This document shows positions 37,343 to 47,360 of a DNA stretch of 53,023 nt, in pieces; the stretch's first letter is position 1, and every line of letters begins with the position of its first letter. Source of the DNA: a virus (taxonomy: Duplodnaviria > Caudoviricetes); IMG/VR virus record IMGVR_UViG_3300012988_000007, positions 1 to 53,023 of that record. The stretch is one strand, 5' to 3'. Both the position numbers and the translations under genes were made by a program. Under the pieces are notes generated by a model. That model was given only the letters and a program-made list of their open reading frames with translations, searched no databases and had not been told where the DNA came from.

Positions 37343-39032
37343 TAATTTCTTTCTTCCTAAAGAGTCGGTTAAAGAGGACGAAACAATACAGGTAGTCGAA
37401 GAGATTAAAGAGGAAACAAAAGAAATTGTACAAAAAAAACACCATCCATCTGCTGACTGGGTTGGTGGTGGGGGAGTTTATAATCATTTGTTTGCGATCG
37501 GTTTCAACGGAGAAAAGACCATGGGTGAAATGGGGCCAATCAAAACCTATAGACCCGACTATATTGGTTTGCGTCTTAGGTCTTGGCAGGCTTACTATGA
37601 GTCCGAGATTGCAAAGACTCTTATTGACCGTATGGTTATGTGGGTTATCGGAAACGGTCTTAAGCTTCAAACGCAGCTTAACGATGTTATGCTACAATCA
37701 GAGGGCGTAAAGATAGATTGTCAAGCGTTCAGTAAGATTACCGAAGCACGTTGGGCTTGTTTTGCTGATTGTACAAATGTAGATTACGCTAAAAAACACA
37801 CATTAGGAGAGATACAACAGATTGCGGAGCGTAACGCATATATAGGCGGTGACGTCCTTGTAGTATTGAGGTATGACCGAAAAACAGGGGTAAATGTTCA
37901 ACTTATTGACGGGCAACATGTATGTAGCCCAGTATTTGGAAATGAATTTTATCCACAGATTTTAGATAATGGGAATAGAATTCTTAATGGGGTAGAGACT
38001 GACGACACGGGACGACACATGGCATACTGGGTAAGAAAAGCGGGAGTAATTCCTAATTCACCCGTTACGAACCAATTTGAACGCATACCAGCCACTGGCA
38101 CCAATGGGGGACTTACCCAAGCATACTTATATTATGGGGATGAAATGCGCATTGACAACATACGTGGGGTGCCTATTATTTCGGTAATCTTAGAAACCCT
38201 TAAAGTATTAGAGCGATACAAGTCCGCAACTCTTACCAGTGCAGAAGAGCGTAGCAAAGTAGTATATACAGTTGAGCACGATATTGCAAGTACGGGAGAG
38301 TTTCCTTTGGCTAATCAACTGACTAGAGCATTAGATATTGACAACCAGTTGAACCCTCAGTTGCCACTTGACGTACAAGGCAACCAACTAGCTAATACAA
38401 TAGCGACTACAACAAACAAGCAAGTATTTAACCTTACTCAAGGGGCATCATTGAAAGCCGCTGACAGCTCTAAAAATGATCTGTACTTTGAAAAGTTCTA
38501 CGGCGTAAATATTGACATTGCATGTGCTTGCATTAGTGCTCCCTCTGATGTCATAATGAGTAAATACCAAGGTAGTTATTCATCATCAAGGGCGGCCGTA
38601 AAAGACTTTGAGCATACATTAACAGTAAAGAGAACTAAGCATTCAAAAGGGTTCCTGGCTCCTATTTATCATTTTTGGCTAGAGGTTGAGGTGTTGACAT
38701 TTAAATTACAAGCGCCTGGTTATCTTAACGCAAGACTAACAAGCAATTACATGCTAGTTAGTGCATACAGGAATGCAAGATTTGTAGGTGCTGTAGTTCC
38801 ACATATCGACCCACTAAAAGAGGTTCAAGCAGAGAGATTGAAACTTGGAGAATCAGGGGCCGCAATACCGTTGACAACTCCCGAATCGGCAACCGAGAAA
38901 CTAGGGGAGGGAGAATACTATTCTAATGTAATCCAATACGCCCATGAATTGGAAATGGCAACGAAATTGGGTATTGAGATGCAAGAAACGCCTCAACAAC
39001 AACTTGAAGAAAAAGGCAAAAATGATGATTAG
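37320..39032 (+). CDS. Portal protein, lambda family
   Basis: VIGNGL, NGVE, IRGVP, SYSSSRA, IDPLKEV. Confidence 0.92.
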   Translation: MGLTERISNFFLPKESVKEDETIQVVEEIKEETKEIVQKKHHPSADWVGGGGVYNHLFAIGFNGEKTMGEMGPIKTYRPDYIGLRLRSWQAYYESEIAKTLIDRMVMWVIGNGLKLQTQLNDVMLQSEGVKIDCQAFSKITEARWACFADCTNVDYAKKHTLGEIQQIAERNAYIGGDVLVVLRYDRKTGVNVQLIDGQHVCSPVFGNEFYPQILDNGNRILNGVETDDTGRHMAYWVRKAGVIPNSPVTNQFERIPATGTNGGLTQAYLYYGDEMRIDNIRGVPIISVILETLKVLERYKSATLTSAEERSKVVYTVEHDIASTGEFPLANQLTRALDIDNQLNPQLPLDVQGNQLANTIATTTNKQVFNLTQGASLKAADSSKNDLYFEKFYGVNIDIACACISAPSDVIMSKYQGSYSSSRAAVKDFEHTLTVKRTKHSKGFLAPIYHFWLEVEVLTFKLQAPGYLNARLTSNYMLVSAYRNARFVGAVVPHIDPLKEVQAERLKLGESGAAIPLTTPESATEKLGEGEYYSNVIQYAHELEMATKLGIEMQETPQQQLEEKGKNDD

Positions 39033-39199
39033 TTAGGTCTCTTAATCCTAAGATCAGGCGGGTAAGAATCCCGTATTTCACGTAATTTTGGTTTCAATAG
39101 CTGAGTAACTGTAACCCCCAGATTCTCGGCTATTGTTTTTATGTCCGCTTTTATATCTACGGGTACGTTTTTGATGTAAATATTTTTTTCTGATGCCAT
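39029..39199 (-). CDS. 56-aa ribbon-helix-helix-like regulator (not in ORF track)
   Basis: MASEKNIYIKNVPVDIKADIKTIAENLGVTVTQLLKPKLREI...; own TATATTTG promoter at 39204-39211. Confidence 0.75.
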   Translation of the reverse strand: MASEKNIYIKNVPVDIKADIKTIAENLGVTVTQLLKPKLREIRDSYPPDLRIKRPN

Positions 39200-39276
39200 A
39201 ATACAAATATACTATATAGTTACTTAAATGGTTACTTAATTTTTAATATTTTGTTTTTAGGATCAATTTTATAGCA

Positions 39277-40236
39277 ATGTCAAAAGAGCTATATCTTTAT
39301 ACGGGTATTTTTGGTTTTACTGCTGAGTCGTTGATCTCTGGGATTAACGACAATATGGGTAAGCCTGCCACTATAAGGGTTAATACTCCTGGCGGCAGTT
39401 TGTTTGCGACATGGGGAATAGTGGCAAAAATGCGTGAGCATGGAGATATTACTATTTCCGTAGATGGGATGGCAATGAGTGGTGGGGCTTTCATGTTGCC
39501 TTATGCAAAGAAAAGAAAGGCCTTATCTGTTTCTAAGATAATGATACATAGGGCTGACATGACAGTAGAAAGCCCAGAGGATCAAAAGTTTTTAGACGAT
39601 ATAAACGCAGACTTAAAAGCTGAATTCTTAAAACAGATTGACGGGGCTAAGTTCGCTTTAATTACAGGTTATACCATCGATCAAATATTTGATCCCACAA
39701 GTAGGATAGATGTTTATTTGTCAGCCCAACAAGCACTAGAAGTAGGTTTGATTGACGAAATTATACAATTGACCGATGAAGAGGTTACAGCCTTTAATAA
39801 TAAGCTATCAGAAATAGCGGCCTTTTCAAACACCCCAATAGTTCAAAAAGTAAATGCACATATAAATATGGATTTAAATAAATTAAAAGCAGAACACCCC
39901 ACCGTATTTGCGGAAGCAGTTGCATTGGGAGTGTCGCAGGAAAAAGACCGTGTGGGCTCATGGCTGGCATGGAATACGATAGACCCCAAAGCAGTAGCGG
40001 AAGGAATCGAAGCAGGAACTCAGGTAACCCCAAAAGTAATATCTGAATTTTCCGTAAAAGCGGTTAGCGCAAACATGTTGGCTAATGTCGAGAAAGACAA
40101 AGTAGTTGATGTAAAACTACCTGAGGCTGGTCAAGTTGCTGCATCAGCAGACCCAGTTAAGGACGAAAAAATAGCAGCTTTCGAGGCTGAGAAAAAACAA
40201 GCATTGGCTCAAAGACTAGGTAAAGACCCAAAATAA
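39277..40236 (+). CDS. ClpP-like prohead protease fused to scaffold
   Basis: NTPGG, GMAMSGG (Ser), IMIH; possible nested scaffold start at in-frame ATG 39868 (MDLNKLKAEHP). Confidence 0.88.
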   Translation: MSKELYLYTGIFGFTAESLISGINDNMGKPATIRVNTPGGSLFATWGIVAKMREHGDITISVDGMAMSGGAFMLPYAKKRKALSVSKIMIHRADMTVESPEDQKFLDDINADLKAEFLKQIDGAKFALITGYTIDQIFDPTSRIDVYLSAQQALEVGLIDEIIQLTDEEVTAFNNKLSEIAAFSNTPIVQKVNAHINMDLNKLKAEHPTVFAEAVALGVSQEKDRVGSWLAWNTIDPKAVAEGIEAGTQVTPKVISEFSVKAVSANMLANVEKDKVVDVKLPEAGQVAASADPVKDEKIAAFEAEKKQALAQRLGKDPK

Positions 40237-40237
40237 T

Positions 40238-40684
40238 ATGAGTACAGTAAATCAAACCACGAATACAGGACAACAGGCGATAACCAATTACGACTTATCG
40301 AAAATTTTCCTGTTAAATAATAGGTACGCAACTGGTACTTATACAAACAGCTCAGGCGGTTCGGTTACTATTGTAGCAGGCACCGTAATCGGTAGGATTT
40401 CGGCTTCTGGTCTTTTATTGCCACTTGTTGCGGCAGCATCAGACAATAGCCAATTCCCTGTAGGTATTTCCGCAAGTGCTGTTACTGTAGCAAATGGCGC
40501 ATCTGTGACACTTACTTACTGTATAGCGGGTGATGTAGCAGAGGAAGCAGTAGTATTCCAAAACGGAACTGACACGCTAAACACTGTAGTTTCTGGTCGC
40601 AGACTTAGAGACAGGATCGCAGCGGATACCGTTGGTATCATCTTGAAATTCAGCAACGATCTTACAGCATTCGACAACCAATAA
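40238..40684 (+). CDS. Head decoration protein
   Basis: AGTVIGRI...PVGI; lies between protease and capsid. Confidence 0.75.
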   Translation: MSTVNQTTNTGQQAITNYDLSKIFLLNNRYATGTYTNSSGGSVTIVAGTVIGRISASGLLLPLVAAASDNSQFPVGISASAVTVANGASVTLTYCIAGDVAEEAVVFQNGTDTLNTVVSGRRLRDRIAADTVGIILKFSNDLTAFDNQ

Positions 40685-40695
40685 AAAATTAAGAC

Positions 40696-41796
40696 ATGCC
40701 AGAAATTTCAGTTACGGACGCAAGACCGTTATTTACCAAAGATTTAGTCGACGTATATCGTCAGATTTCAGAACCAACAGCCTTTTTAAGGTCGTTTTTT
40801 AAAGAGACATACAGCGGGACAAAGCTTGTATCTGTAGAAGTACAGAGAGGGTTTGAGATGATCGCTGTGGATGTACTTAGGGGTACAGAGGGGAATAGGA
40901 ACCGTTTTAGTTCTTCTACAGAAAGAATGTATCTCCCTCCTTTGTATGATGAATATTTCGATCTTACTGAGCTTGATTTGTACGATCGCCTTTTCGGGTC
41001 TACTCAAATCACGGGTTCTGATTATGCAAACTTCTTGTATTCTGTTGCAATGAAGGTGAAAGAACTTGAAAACAAGATTGCAAGACGTTACGAATTGCAG
41101 TGTGCGCAAGTTCTTCAGACAGGCGTAGTACAACTTGTAAATGGCACAAACATTGACTTTAAAAGGAAAGCAGCTTCATTGGTTGACCCAGGGGCTGGCA
41201 ACTATTGGGCTAATGCTTCTTTATCTGGTGGCCTTCCAACAGGTATCAACCCATATACTCAACTTGAAACAGGCTGTAATTTCTTGCGTCAAGTAGGTAA
41301 GGCAAAAGGGGGAATGTTTAATATGATCTTGGGTTCTAAAGCCCTAACAGACTTACAAACGAATCCTTTTTTCTTACAGAAACAAAACCTTTTCAACATG
41401 GCTTTGGATTCTGTAAATGCCCCTCAAAGAAACTCGGTAGGTGCCGCATTCCATGGCATCCTAACAGTAGGGTCTTACAAGGTATTGATTTGGACGTATC
41501 CACAATTCTACGATATCCCTGCTTCGCCAGGTGTTGCAGCAGTTCTTCAGACTCCGTACATTGACCCAAACACGGCAATTTTGATTGACGAAGCTCCTGA
41601 GTTCATTCTTAGTTATGCAGCAGTACCTCAATTGCTTAACTTGAATGGTGGTGGTGTAACTCCTTTCGTAGGTCCTTACATGGTTTCTGAGTGGATGGAT
41701 CAAAGACTGGCTAAACACGATATTATCGTGAAATCAGCAGCGATTGCAATTCCAACAGCGGTAGACAAAATTTACACACTTAAAACAGGCGTATAA
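40696..41796 (+). CDS. Major capsid protein, lambda gpE family
   Basis: FLRSFF, RRYELQCAQVLQTG, IDFKR. Confidence 0.9.
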   Translation: MPEISVTDARPLFTKDLVDVYRQISEPTAFLRSFFKETYSGTKLVSVEVQRGFEMIAVDVLRGTEGNRNRFSSSTERMYLPPLYDEYFDLTELDLYDRLFGSTQITGSDYANFLYSVAMKVKELENKIARRYELQCAQVLQTGVVQLVNGTNIDFKRKAASLVDPGAGNYWANASLSGGLPTGINPYTQLETGCNFLRQVGKAKGGMFNMILGSKALTDLQTNPFFLQKQNLFNMALDSVNAPQRNSVGAAFHGILTVGSYKVLIWTYPQFYDIPASPGVAAVLQTPYIDPNTAILIDEAPEFILSYAAVPQLLNLNGGGVTPFVGPYMVSEWMDQRLAKHDIIVKSAAIAIPTAVDKIYTLKTGV

Positions 41797-41993
41797 TGGC
41801 TCAGTATAAAGTATTAACATATTCAATGGCGTTGGGTAATTCGGTTCTTAAAGGTGGCGACATCGTAACTGATAAGGACTACGAAGGAAACGAGGTAGAG
41901 CTTCAAACAAGAATCAAAAACGGGTTTTTGGAGCTTGTTGAAGAAAAGAAAGAGGAGGTTGTTGAGCCTCCAAAGAAAAAAGAAAAAGAGTAA
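41796..41993 (+). CDS. Small capsid-associated protein
   Basis: Coupled to the capsid gene; charged C-terminus. Confidence 0.6.
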   Translation: MAQYKVLTYSMALGNSVLKGGDIVTDKDYEGNEVELQTRIKNGFLELVEEKKEEVVEPPKKKEKE

Positions 41994-41997
41994 ATTT

Positions 41998-42021
41998 AAA
42001 AAGGGGTTCGCCCCTTTTTTT
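41998..42021 (+). terminator. Intrinsic terminator after the capsid genes
   Basis: AAAAAGGGG-TTCG-CCCCTTTTTTT. Confidence 0.85.
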
Positions 42022-42029
42022 CTTAAAAC

Positions 42030-42407
42030 ATGGGGCTATTAGATCAGGCTATACAAGACGCAAAACGGTTTTCATCTGATAAAGACGGATTCGCCCAAGA
42101 TATTACTTTTATTTCTCCTTCAAATCAAACAGTAACAACCCAAGGGCTTCACAAAAAGATTTGGCTTGGTGTTGATACAGAAGGCAATAGAATAAGCTCT
42201 AAGCAATCTTATGTGTCGGTGTCAGAACTGATATTTAATGATGCTTCATATCCTATTAGAAACAATAATGGAGAGGTTAGTTTTGAAAATCACAAAGTTA
42301 ATGTAATGGATGTTACGGGGACACTTTGTTACTATATTGCCAAATATTGGATGCCAGACGAGCAAACAGGACTAATTGAAATATGCTTAGAGGATTATTA
42401 TGATTAG
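42030..42407 (+). CDS. Head-tail connector (gpFII-like)
   Basis: Position and size; beta-rich. Confidence 0.55.
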   Translation: MGLLDQAIQDAKRFSSDKDGFAQDITFISPSNQTVTTQGLHKKIWLGVDTEGNRISSKQSYVSVSELIFNDASYPIRNNNGEVSFENHKVNVMDVTGTLCYYIAKYWMPDEQTGLIEICLEDYYD

Positions 42408-42996
42408 TTTACCAATAGGAAATCAAAAATTTGAAATCATCAGAGACCAAATAGCGATTATTTTGGTCACAGAACTAGCTAATCAATACACACTAACAAA
42501 CGACCCAAATCTGAACAATATTAAAGGGCAAGTCGAGGCTATAAATCCAGAAGACAAGACGGAACTTCCAGTAATAAATGTTTCATTTGTGAGGGGGGAT
42601 TTTGGTGATTTAAAAGCAAATGACGGGACAAACAAAGGGATATACCGTTATCACATAGATGTATATGTAAACGCTAAGACAACGCAATCCGCAAAGGGGG
42701 ATAATCTGTCAGCAATTGCATTACAGCGAATTATAGGCGTTATTAGAACCATCATAGACCACCCTATTTATAATACTTTAGGCTTTTCAAAGGGATTTAT
42801 TTGGAGAACAAAAATAAATAATATTGACATTAGGGATGAAGGCAAAAACGATGCTCTTAACTCAAGAATGGGAAGGCTTACAATGGAAGTGCAAGCAACA
42901 GAGTCAACAGATATGCCAGATGGTATATTAATAGCGGGGGCAAATACACACGTAACACTTCACGAAACAGAAAAAGGATATTATTACTCAGTATAA
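42400..42996 (+). CDS. Tail terminator / completion protein
   Basis: IRDQIAIIL...ELPVINV; position. Confidence 0.55.
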   Translation: MISLPIGNQKFEIIRDQIAIILVTELANQYTLTNDPNLNNIKGQVEAINPEDKTELPVINVSFVRGDFGDLKANDGTNKGIYRYHIDVYVNAKTTQSAKGDNLSAIALQRIIGVIRTIIDHPIYNTLGFSKGFIWRTKINNIDIRDEGKNDALNSRMGRLTMEVQATESTDMPDGILIAGANTHVTLHETEKGYYYSV

Positions 42997-42998
42997 TC

Positions 42999-44204
42999 AT
43001 GGCAATAAAGACACTTACACAGTTATACACAGCAATTTCTACGGCTATATTAAGCGGAGGAAGGCAAACTACAGCCTCCAATACCCGTTCTGTAATGCAG
43101 GATGTAGCAGACTCTTCTTTGAATAAAAAAGACGGTGGCTTAGTAATTGAGTCTGAAATAGGATATACGACTCAGCTAGCCCCTACGGATAATAAGGCAT
43201 TTACTACAAAGAAATACGTAGATGATTCGGTGGCTGGTAGTACTATTCCAGACGCAAACACAACAATAAAGGGCAAATCACAGCTTATTACAGACGCAGA
43301 GCTAGACAGTGCAACTCCTTCGGACAACTCGGCCTCAATCCCAAGCTTCATAAACAAGGTTTTAGACTTGAGAGGTGTCGTTAATTTCTGGAAAAGAGTA
43401 ATGTCTGTTTTTTATACTAAAACATATACAGATGATAATTTTGTAGACATATATAGCTCTTCGTTGTTTGTTTATGCAGACAATTCGGGTTCTGGAAATG
43501 CTTATGTTGGAACTAATTCAAAATTTATAGCAGGGTCGCCTAGCATATTTATGTTGGGGTTTTCTGATACTGCAGGCTACCTTCCTACAGGTACTGCTAC
43601 ATTAAATCTAAATGGGGCGGGCGCATTACCATTGCTCGCAGAGGATGGGACTAATTTAGTTAGTGGACAAATAATAGCAAGGACATACCCTGTTGTGTCC
43701 GATGATGTAGCGTTTTATGTTCAAGGAGTAAGAAGTTCCTCTGGTGGCGGTATATCAGATGCCCCAAACAATTCGAATGCTTATGTTAGGTCTGGTTTGG
43801 CGTGGGTTGTTGGGTATACTAAATCTGATGTTGATACATTGCTTTCTGACAAACAAAATGCATTAGGCTTTACACCAGAAGATAGCGCAAATAAAAGCAC
43901 AAGTACAGGAGATAGCGCAAGCTCTGTAAAATTTCCTGTATGGTCGGCTATAGTGTCTTATTTTACGTCTGCTCAAATAAAAAGCATTTTAGGAATTACA
44001 ACTTTAAGCGGAAATAACACTGGCGATCAGGACTTAAGTACATTAGCTCCAAAATCGTCACCTAATTTAACTGGCACACCAACGGCACCAACAGCACCAA
44101 GCGGGGATAATACCTCTACAATAGCTAATACAAAGTTTGTTCAGCAAGAAATTGCAACGCATAACACACTCTATGATATGTATAACTATAGAAATTTCAC
44201 ATAA
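42999..44204 (+). CDS. Tail fibre protein
   Basis: TKKYVD, DANTTIKG, foldon-like DAPNNSNAYVR, NTGDQDLS, SPNLTGTPTAPT motifs. Confidence 0.8.
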   Translation: MAIKTLTQLYTAISTAILSGGRQTTASNTRSVMQDVADSSLNKKDGGLVIESEIGYTTQLAPTDNKAFTTKKYVDDSVAGSTIPDANTTIKGKSQLITDAELDSATPSDNSASIPSFINKVLDLRGVVNFWKRVMSVFYTKTYTDDNFVDIYSSSLFVYADNSGSGNAYVGTNSKFIAGSPSIFMLGFSDTAGYLPTGTATLNLNGAGALPLLAEDGTNLVSGQIIARTYPVVSDDVAFYVQGVRSSSGGGISDAPNNSNAYVRSGLAWVVGYTKSDVDTLLSDKQNALGFTPEDSANKSTSTGDSASSVKFPVWSAIVSYFTSAQIKSILGITTLSGNNTGDQDLSTLAPKSSPNLTGTPTAPTAPSGDNTSTIANTKFVQQEIATHNTLYDMYNYRNFT

Positions 44205-44210
44205 AATAAT

Positions 44211-44906
44211 ATGAGATCACCACAGTTCACACGGCAGGTAATAAACAGGAATGTCACAATGACGGCTGCTAATGCAGCTCGTGACGGTAGCGGAACCTTA
44301 AGCACATTACTCAATGTTCCTTTTATTACAGGATCAGCAACAGCAGACAATACTACTGATAAAATAACAGTAGCTTCATGGTCAAGGCTTTCAAACCTTG
44401 ACAAACAGGCCCATTTTGATGGCGACCGTGTGCGATTTGTAAGCGGAACCATGCCCACAGGCATAACGTCGAATACTGATTATATCATGAATAATCAAGC
44501 TTATGATTCAGTTAACGATATCATGGTGTTTGAAATATTGGATGCTACTACGTTAGCGCAGGTAACGTTTACGACAAACGGATCTGCTTTGGTTATTGGG
44601 CTATATACAACTGTAAGAATAGAAGGTATCAGGTTTATATCCTCTCAGGCTACGGCAGCAGCTAGCTCGGCAATGGTAGTCCGAACCTTTATATCTGACA
44701 ATCAAGGAGCCAACCCCGCAATATTAGACGAATCTTCCTTTGCCACGTTGACTCCTAGTACTACAGCGGTGGGACAAAAAGTTGATATAGTATTTTATAA
44801 CGCATTATTAATATCCTCTGGACAAATATTGTCAGTAGCAAAGTCTGTTCATGCTGGTTCTCAGGATAATGTTACTGCATTATTGATTAACGCAAGCATA
44901 TATTAA
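44211..44906 (+). CDS. Putative virion/fibre-associated protein
   Basis: Thr/Ala/Ser-rich, beta-like; late operon. Confidence 0.55.
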   Translation: MRSPQFTRQVINRNVTMTAANAARDGSGTLSTLLNVPFITGSATADNTTDKITVASWSRLSNLDKQAHFDGDRVRFVSGTMPTGITSNTDYIMNNQAYDSVNDIMVFEILDATTLAQVTFTTNGSALVIGLYTTVRIEGIRFISSQATAAASSAMVVRTFISDNQGANPAILDESSFATLTPSTTAVGQKVDIVFYNALLISSGQILSVAKSVHAGSQDNVTALLINASIY

Positions 44907-44907
44907 T

Positions 44908-45696
44908 ATGCAAGGATTTGCCGTAAAATATACGGGTGATTTACTGTTTTCCAAATACGAAAAGTCGATACTTTCTGTAGGGGCAAAATGGTGGGACTTG
45001 CAACACAAAGAAGCTACTTATAATCTTCTTGGAGAAATTGCAGGCGCTGGAATTTACGACGCGATAAAAGAGGTGTTCCTTTTCCCTACGAATAATAATG
45101 CAGGAAATTTCATAGGACTATTGGGAAAGTGCACAGTTATTAACTCTGGTGCAGGAACTGTAGTTTTTACGCGCAAGGGTTATATTCCTGGTAGCTGGAT
45201 AGAGACTAATGTGAAAGGAGGGAATAGCATTGGACGGAAGAGAGGAATTATTGTTAGTATGTCAGATGTCTCTAATTCGCATACTAATTCTGGCGTTATT
45301 GGGAATAATCCTAGTGTGGCAGGTTCTGGTAATGCTATAGCATTATATACGGGAAACGCCTATTATCTTCAAGATGGTTCCGATTTTACTGGAAGTAGCG
45401 AGCTATGCTTTAGGAAAAATCACAAAAACGGGATTTATTCTGTAAACAGAATAGATGATGATAGGGTTGTGATTTCGGCACAGGGAGCACACAAAGATTA
45501 TGTGCACGCCATATCTGCAGTGGTGGGGCCATATAATTATGTTATTGGAACAATACCACTAGCAGGGACTACCATGAACAATATGACGTGTAATCTAGCA
45601 GCGTTCACAGAGGGATTAGATAAGCTTGCTTTTCTTACGTTTCAACAGATGTTAAAACGGTGGCTTATTGCTACCAATAGATATTCTTACAATTAA
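44908..45696 (+). CDS. Putative receptor-binding / lectin-like virion protein
   Basis: Gly/Asn-rich beta sequence; late operon. Confidence 0.45.
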   Translation: MQGFAVKYTGDLLFSKYEKSILSVGAKWWDLQHKEATYNLLGEIAGAGIYDAIKEVFLFPTNNNAGNFIGLLGKCTVINSGAGTVVFTRKGYIPGSWIETNVKGGNSIGRKRGIIVSMSDVSNSHTNSGVIGNNPSVAGSGNAIALYTGNAYYLQDGSDFTGSSELCFRKNHKNGIYSVNRIDDDRVVISAQGAHKDYVHAISAVVGPYNYVIGTIPLAGTTMNNMTCNLAAFTEGLDKLAFLTFQQMLKRWLIATNRYSYN

Positions 45697-45707
45697 ACAT
45701 AAAAAAA

Positions 45708-45992
45708 ATGTACACAATAGATTTAAATTTCATCCCAATTTTAGAAAACGGTACAAGTGCAGGCGAAACAGCAGCATCTTACTTATCTAGGAACATTAAA
45801 ATGTTGAAAATAACCAATTCTGATATGGTTAAGAAATTATATTCAATTTCTAAGATGCTAGACAATAATGATGGGGTTTTGAACATTGAAGAGGAAAATA
45901 TGTACAACCAGTTATTGGAATATCTACTATCTTTAGACACCGAGTCCGTTGGTTATAAGGGTCAGATACTTGACAGAGTAACGATATCATAA
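45708..45992 (+). CDS. Hypothetical protein
   Basis: Operon packing. Confidence 0.6.
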   Translation: MYTIDLNFIPILENGTSAGETAASYLSRNIKMLKITNSDMVKKLYSISKMLDNNDGVLNIEEENMYNQLLEYLLSLDTESVGYKGQILDRVTIS

Positions 45993-45996
45993 ATTA

Positions 45997-46941
45997 ATGA
46001 AAGCAGTAGTAATAGGTGGAGGTGGTGCTTTTGGGGCAATAACAATAGGTAATGCATCTAAATTAGACAAGGATTACGACTATGTTTTAGGGGTAAGCAC
46101 TGGCGCTATTATGTCCGTCCTGTTTGCTTTGAAAAAATGGGACAAACTAAAAGAAGCCTATACTACCAGCAAAAACGATTATATATATAATATCTACCCA
46201 TTCAATAAAAAGGGTGATCTTAAGATATATCTTGCGGTTTGGCGATCAATTATGGGCTATGTATCTATTGGGGAAATGAAACCTATTCTTGCTCTAGTTA
46301 GAAAATGGCTTTCTGAGGACGACTATTTAGAATTAAAAGATAGTGGCAAGACCGTTATTATAGCATTGCTTAACGTCACTACAGGACGAGTAGAATATAA
46401 GTATAGTAACGATCATGATTACTGGGAATTCACTGAGTATATCGCTGCTGCTTCTTGCCCCGAGCTTCTTGGGAACCTATGGAATATAAACGGATGGGAA
46501 TACGCAGACAGTGGCCTAGCTACTTTGGTACCTATCGTAAAAGCTACTAAATTACCAGTTGATGATATCGACATTTACATACATAGGGAATTTAAGAGGG
46601 ACGTAAAAAACTCTCAGATACTTGACATGAAGGTAGGCGCATTGCCAAGGCTGTTTATGTTCTCAATGCGTATTATTAAAGCTATATTTAGGTATATATT
46701 AATACAGCGTGAAAACCTAGAATATAAAGAGCAAAGAGAAGGTATTCTGAGGGCATTAATTAAGGGGAAAAAAGTAACATGCTATTATCTTGATTCGATG
46801 TTTAGGAAACATAACGCTATGGTTATGGATTCTAAGATTATGAAAAGTATGTATGATTATGGATTTAGAAACGGAATGAATAAATTTGAGTATAATTTAG
46901 AAAATTGGGAAGGATTGTTTGATCCACAAGATGACGAATAG
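45997..46941 (+). CDS. Patatin-like phospholipase
   Basis: IGGGGAFG oxyanion loop, GVSTG nucleophile, AASC-P, YADSG (DGG variant). Confidence 0.88.
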   Translation: MKAVVIGGGGAFGAITIGNASKLDKDYDYVLGVSTGAIMSVLFALKKWDKLKEAYTTSKNDYIYNIYPFNKKGDLKIYLAVWRSIMGYVSIGEMKPILALVRKWLSEDDYLELKDSGKTVIIALLNVTTGRVEYKYSNDHDYWEFTEYIAAASCPELLGNLWNINGWEYADSGLATLVPIVKATKLPVDDIDIYIHREFKRDVKNSQILDMKVGALPRLFMFSMRIIKAIFRYILIQRENLEYKEQREGILRALIKGKKVTCYYLDSMFRKHNAMVMDSKIMKSMYDYGFRNGMNKFEYNLENWEGLFDPQDDE

Positions 46942-46943
46942 TT

Positions 46944-47183
46944 ATGACACATAAAAAACATATATTTGATTGGCTTACGCTTAAGTTTACTCTGTTTGTA
47001 GGATGGGCTACTACATCTCTTATTACGGCTTATGACACTGTTAAAAGTGGCATGGTTAGCGCAGAGGATACAGTTCATTTATTTACTCGTTATGCGGGGT
47101 ATTTAGGGACTATTATAGGGGTTGCTACAATATTTATTCGGTTCTTTCGTACTGTGAAAAACAAAGGCGCAAACGGGGATTGA
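46944..47183 (+). CDS. Holin-like small membrane protein
   Basis: Two hydrophobic segments and a basic C-terminus; last gene of the late operon. Confidence 0.5.
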   Translation: MTHKKHIFDWLTLKFTLFVGWATTSLITAYDTVKSGMVSAEDTVHLFTRYAGYLGTIIGVATIFIRFFRTVKNKGANGD

Positions 47184-47360
47184 TTGCGCCTATAATGGTT
47201 AAATATACTTTAGCAAGTCTCTTATTTTGTTTTTCAAATCTGCTGCCAAAATATAATCTTGGTCTTTCATTGCAAACTTAAGAGCCTTGTTTAATTGCTT
47301 AATCCCTTCAATTGCTTCTGATGCTGTCATCTTTATACTGGTTCTTTAAGGCGCCAAAGC

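Noticed and set aside
26374-47078. Numerous short opposite-strand ORFs inside structural genes
   Set aside because: Fully nested antisense to well-supported genes, with no promoters or motifs
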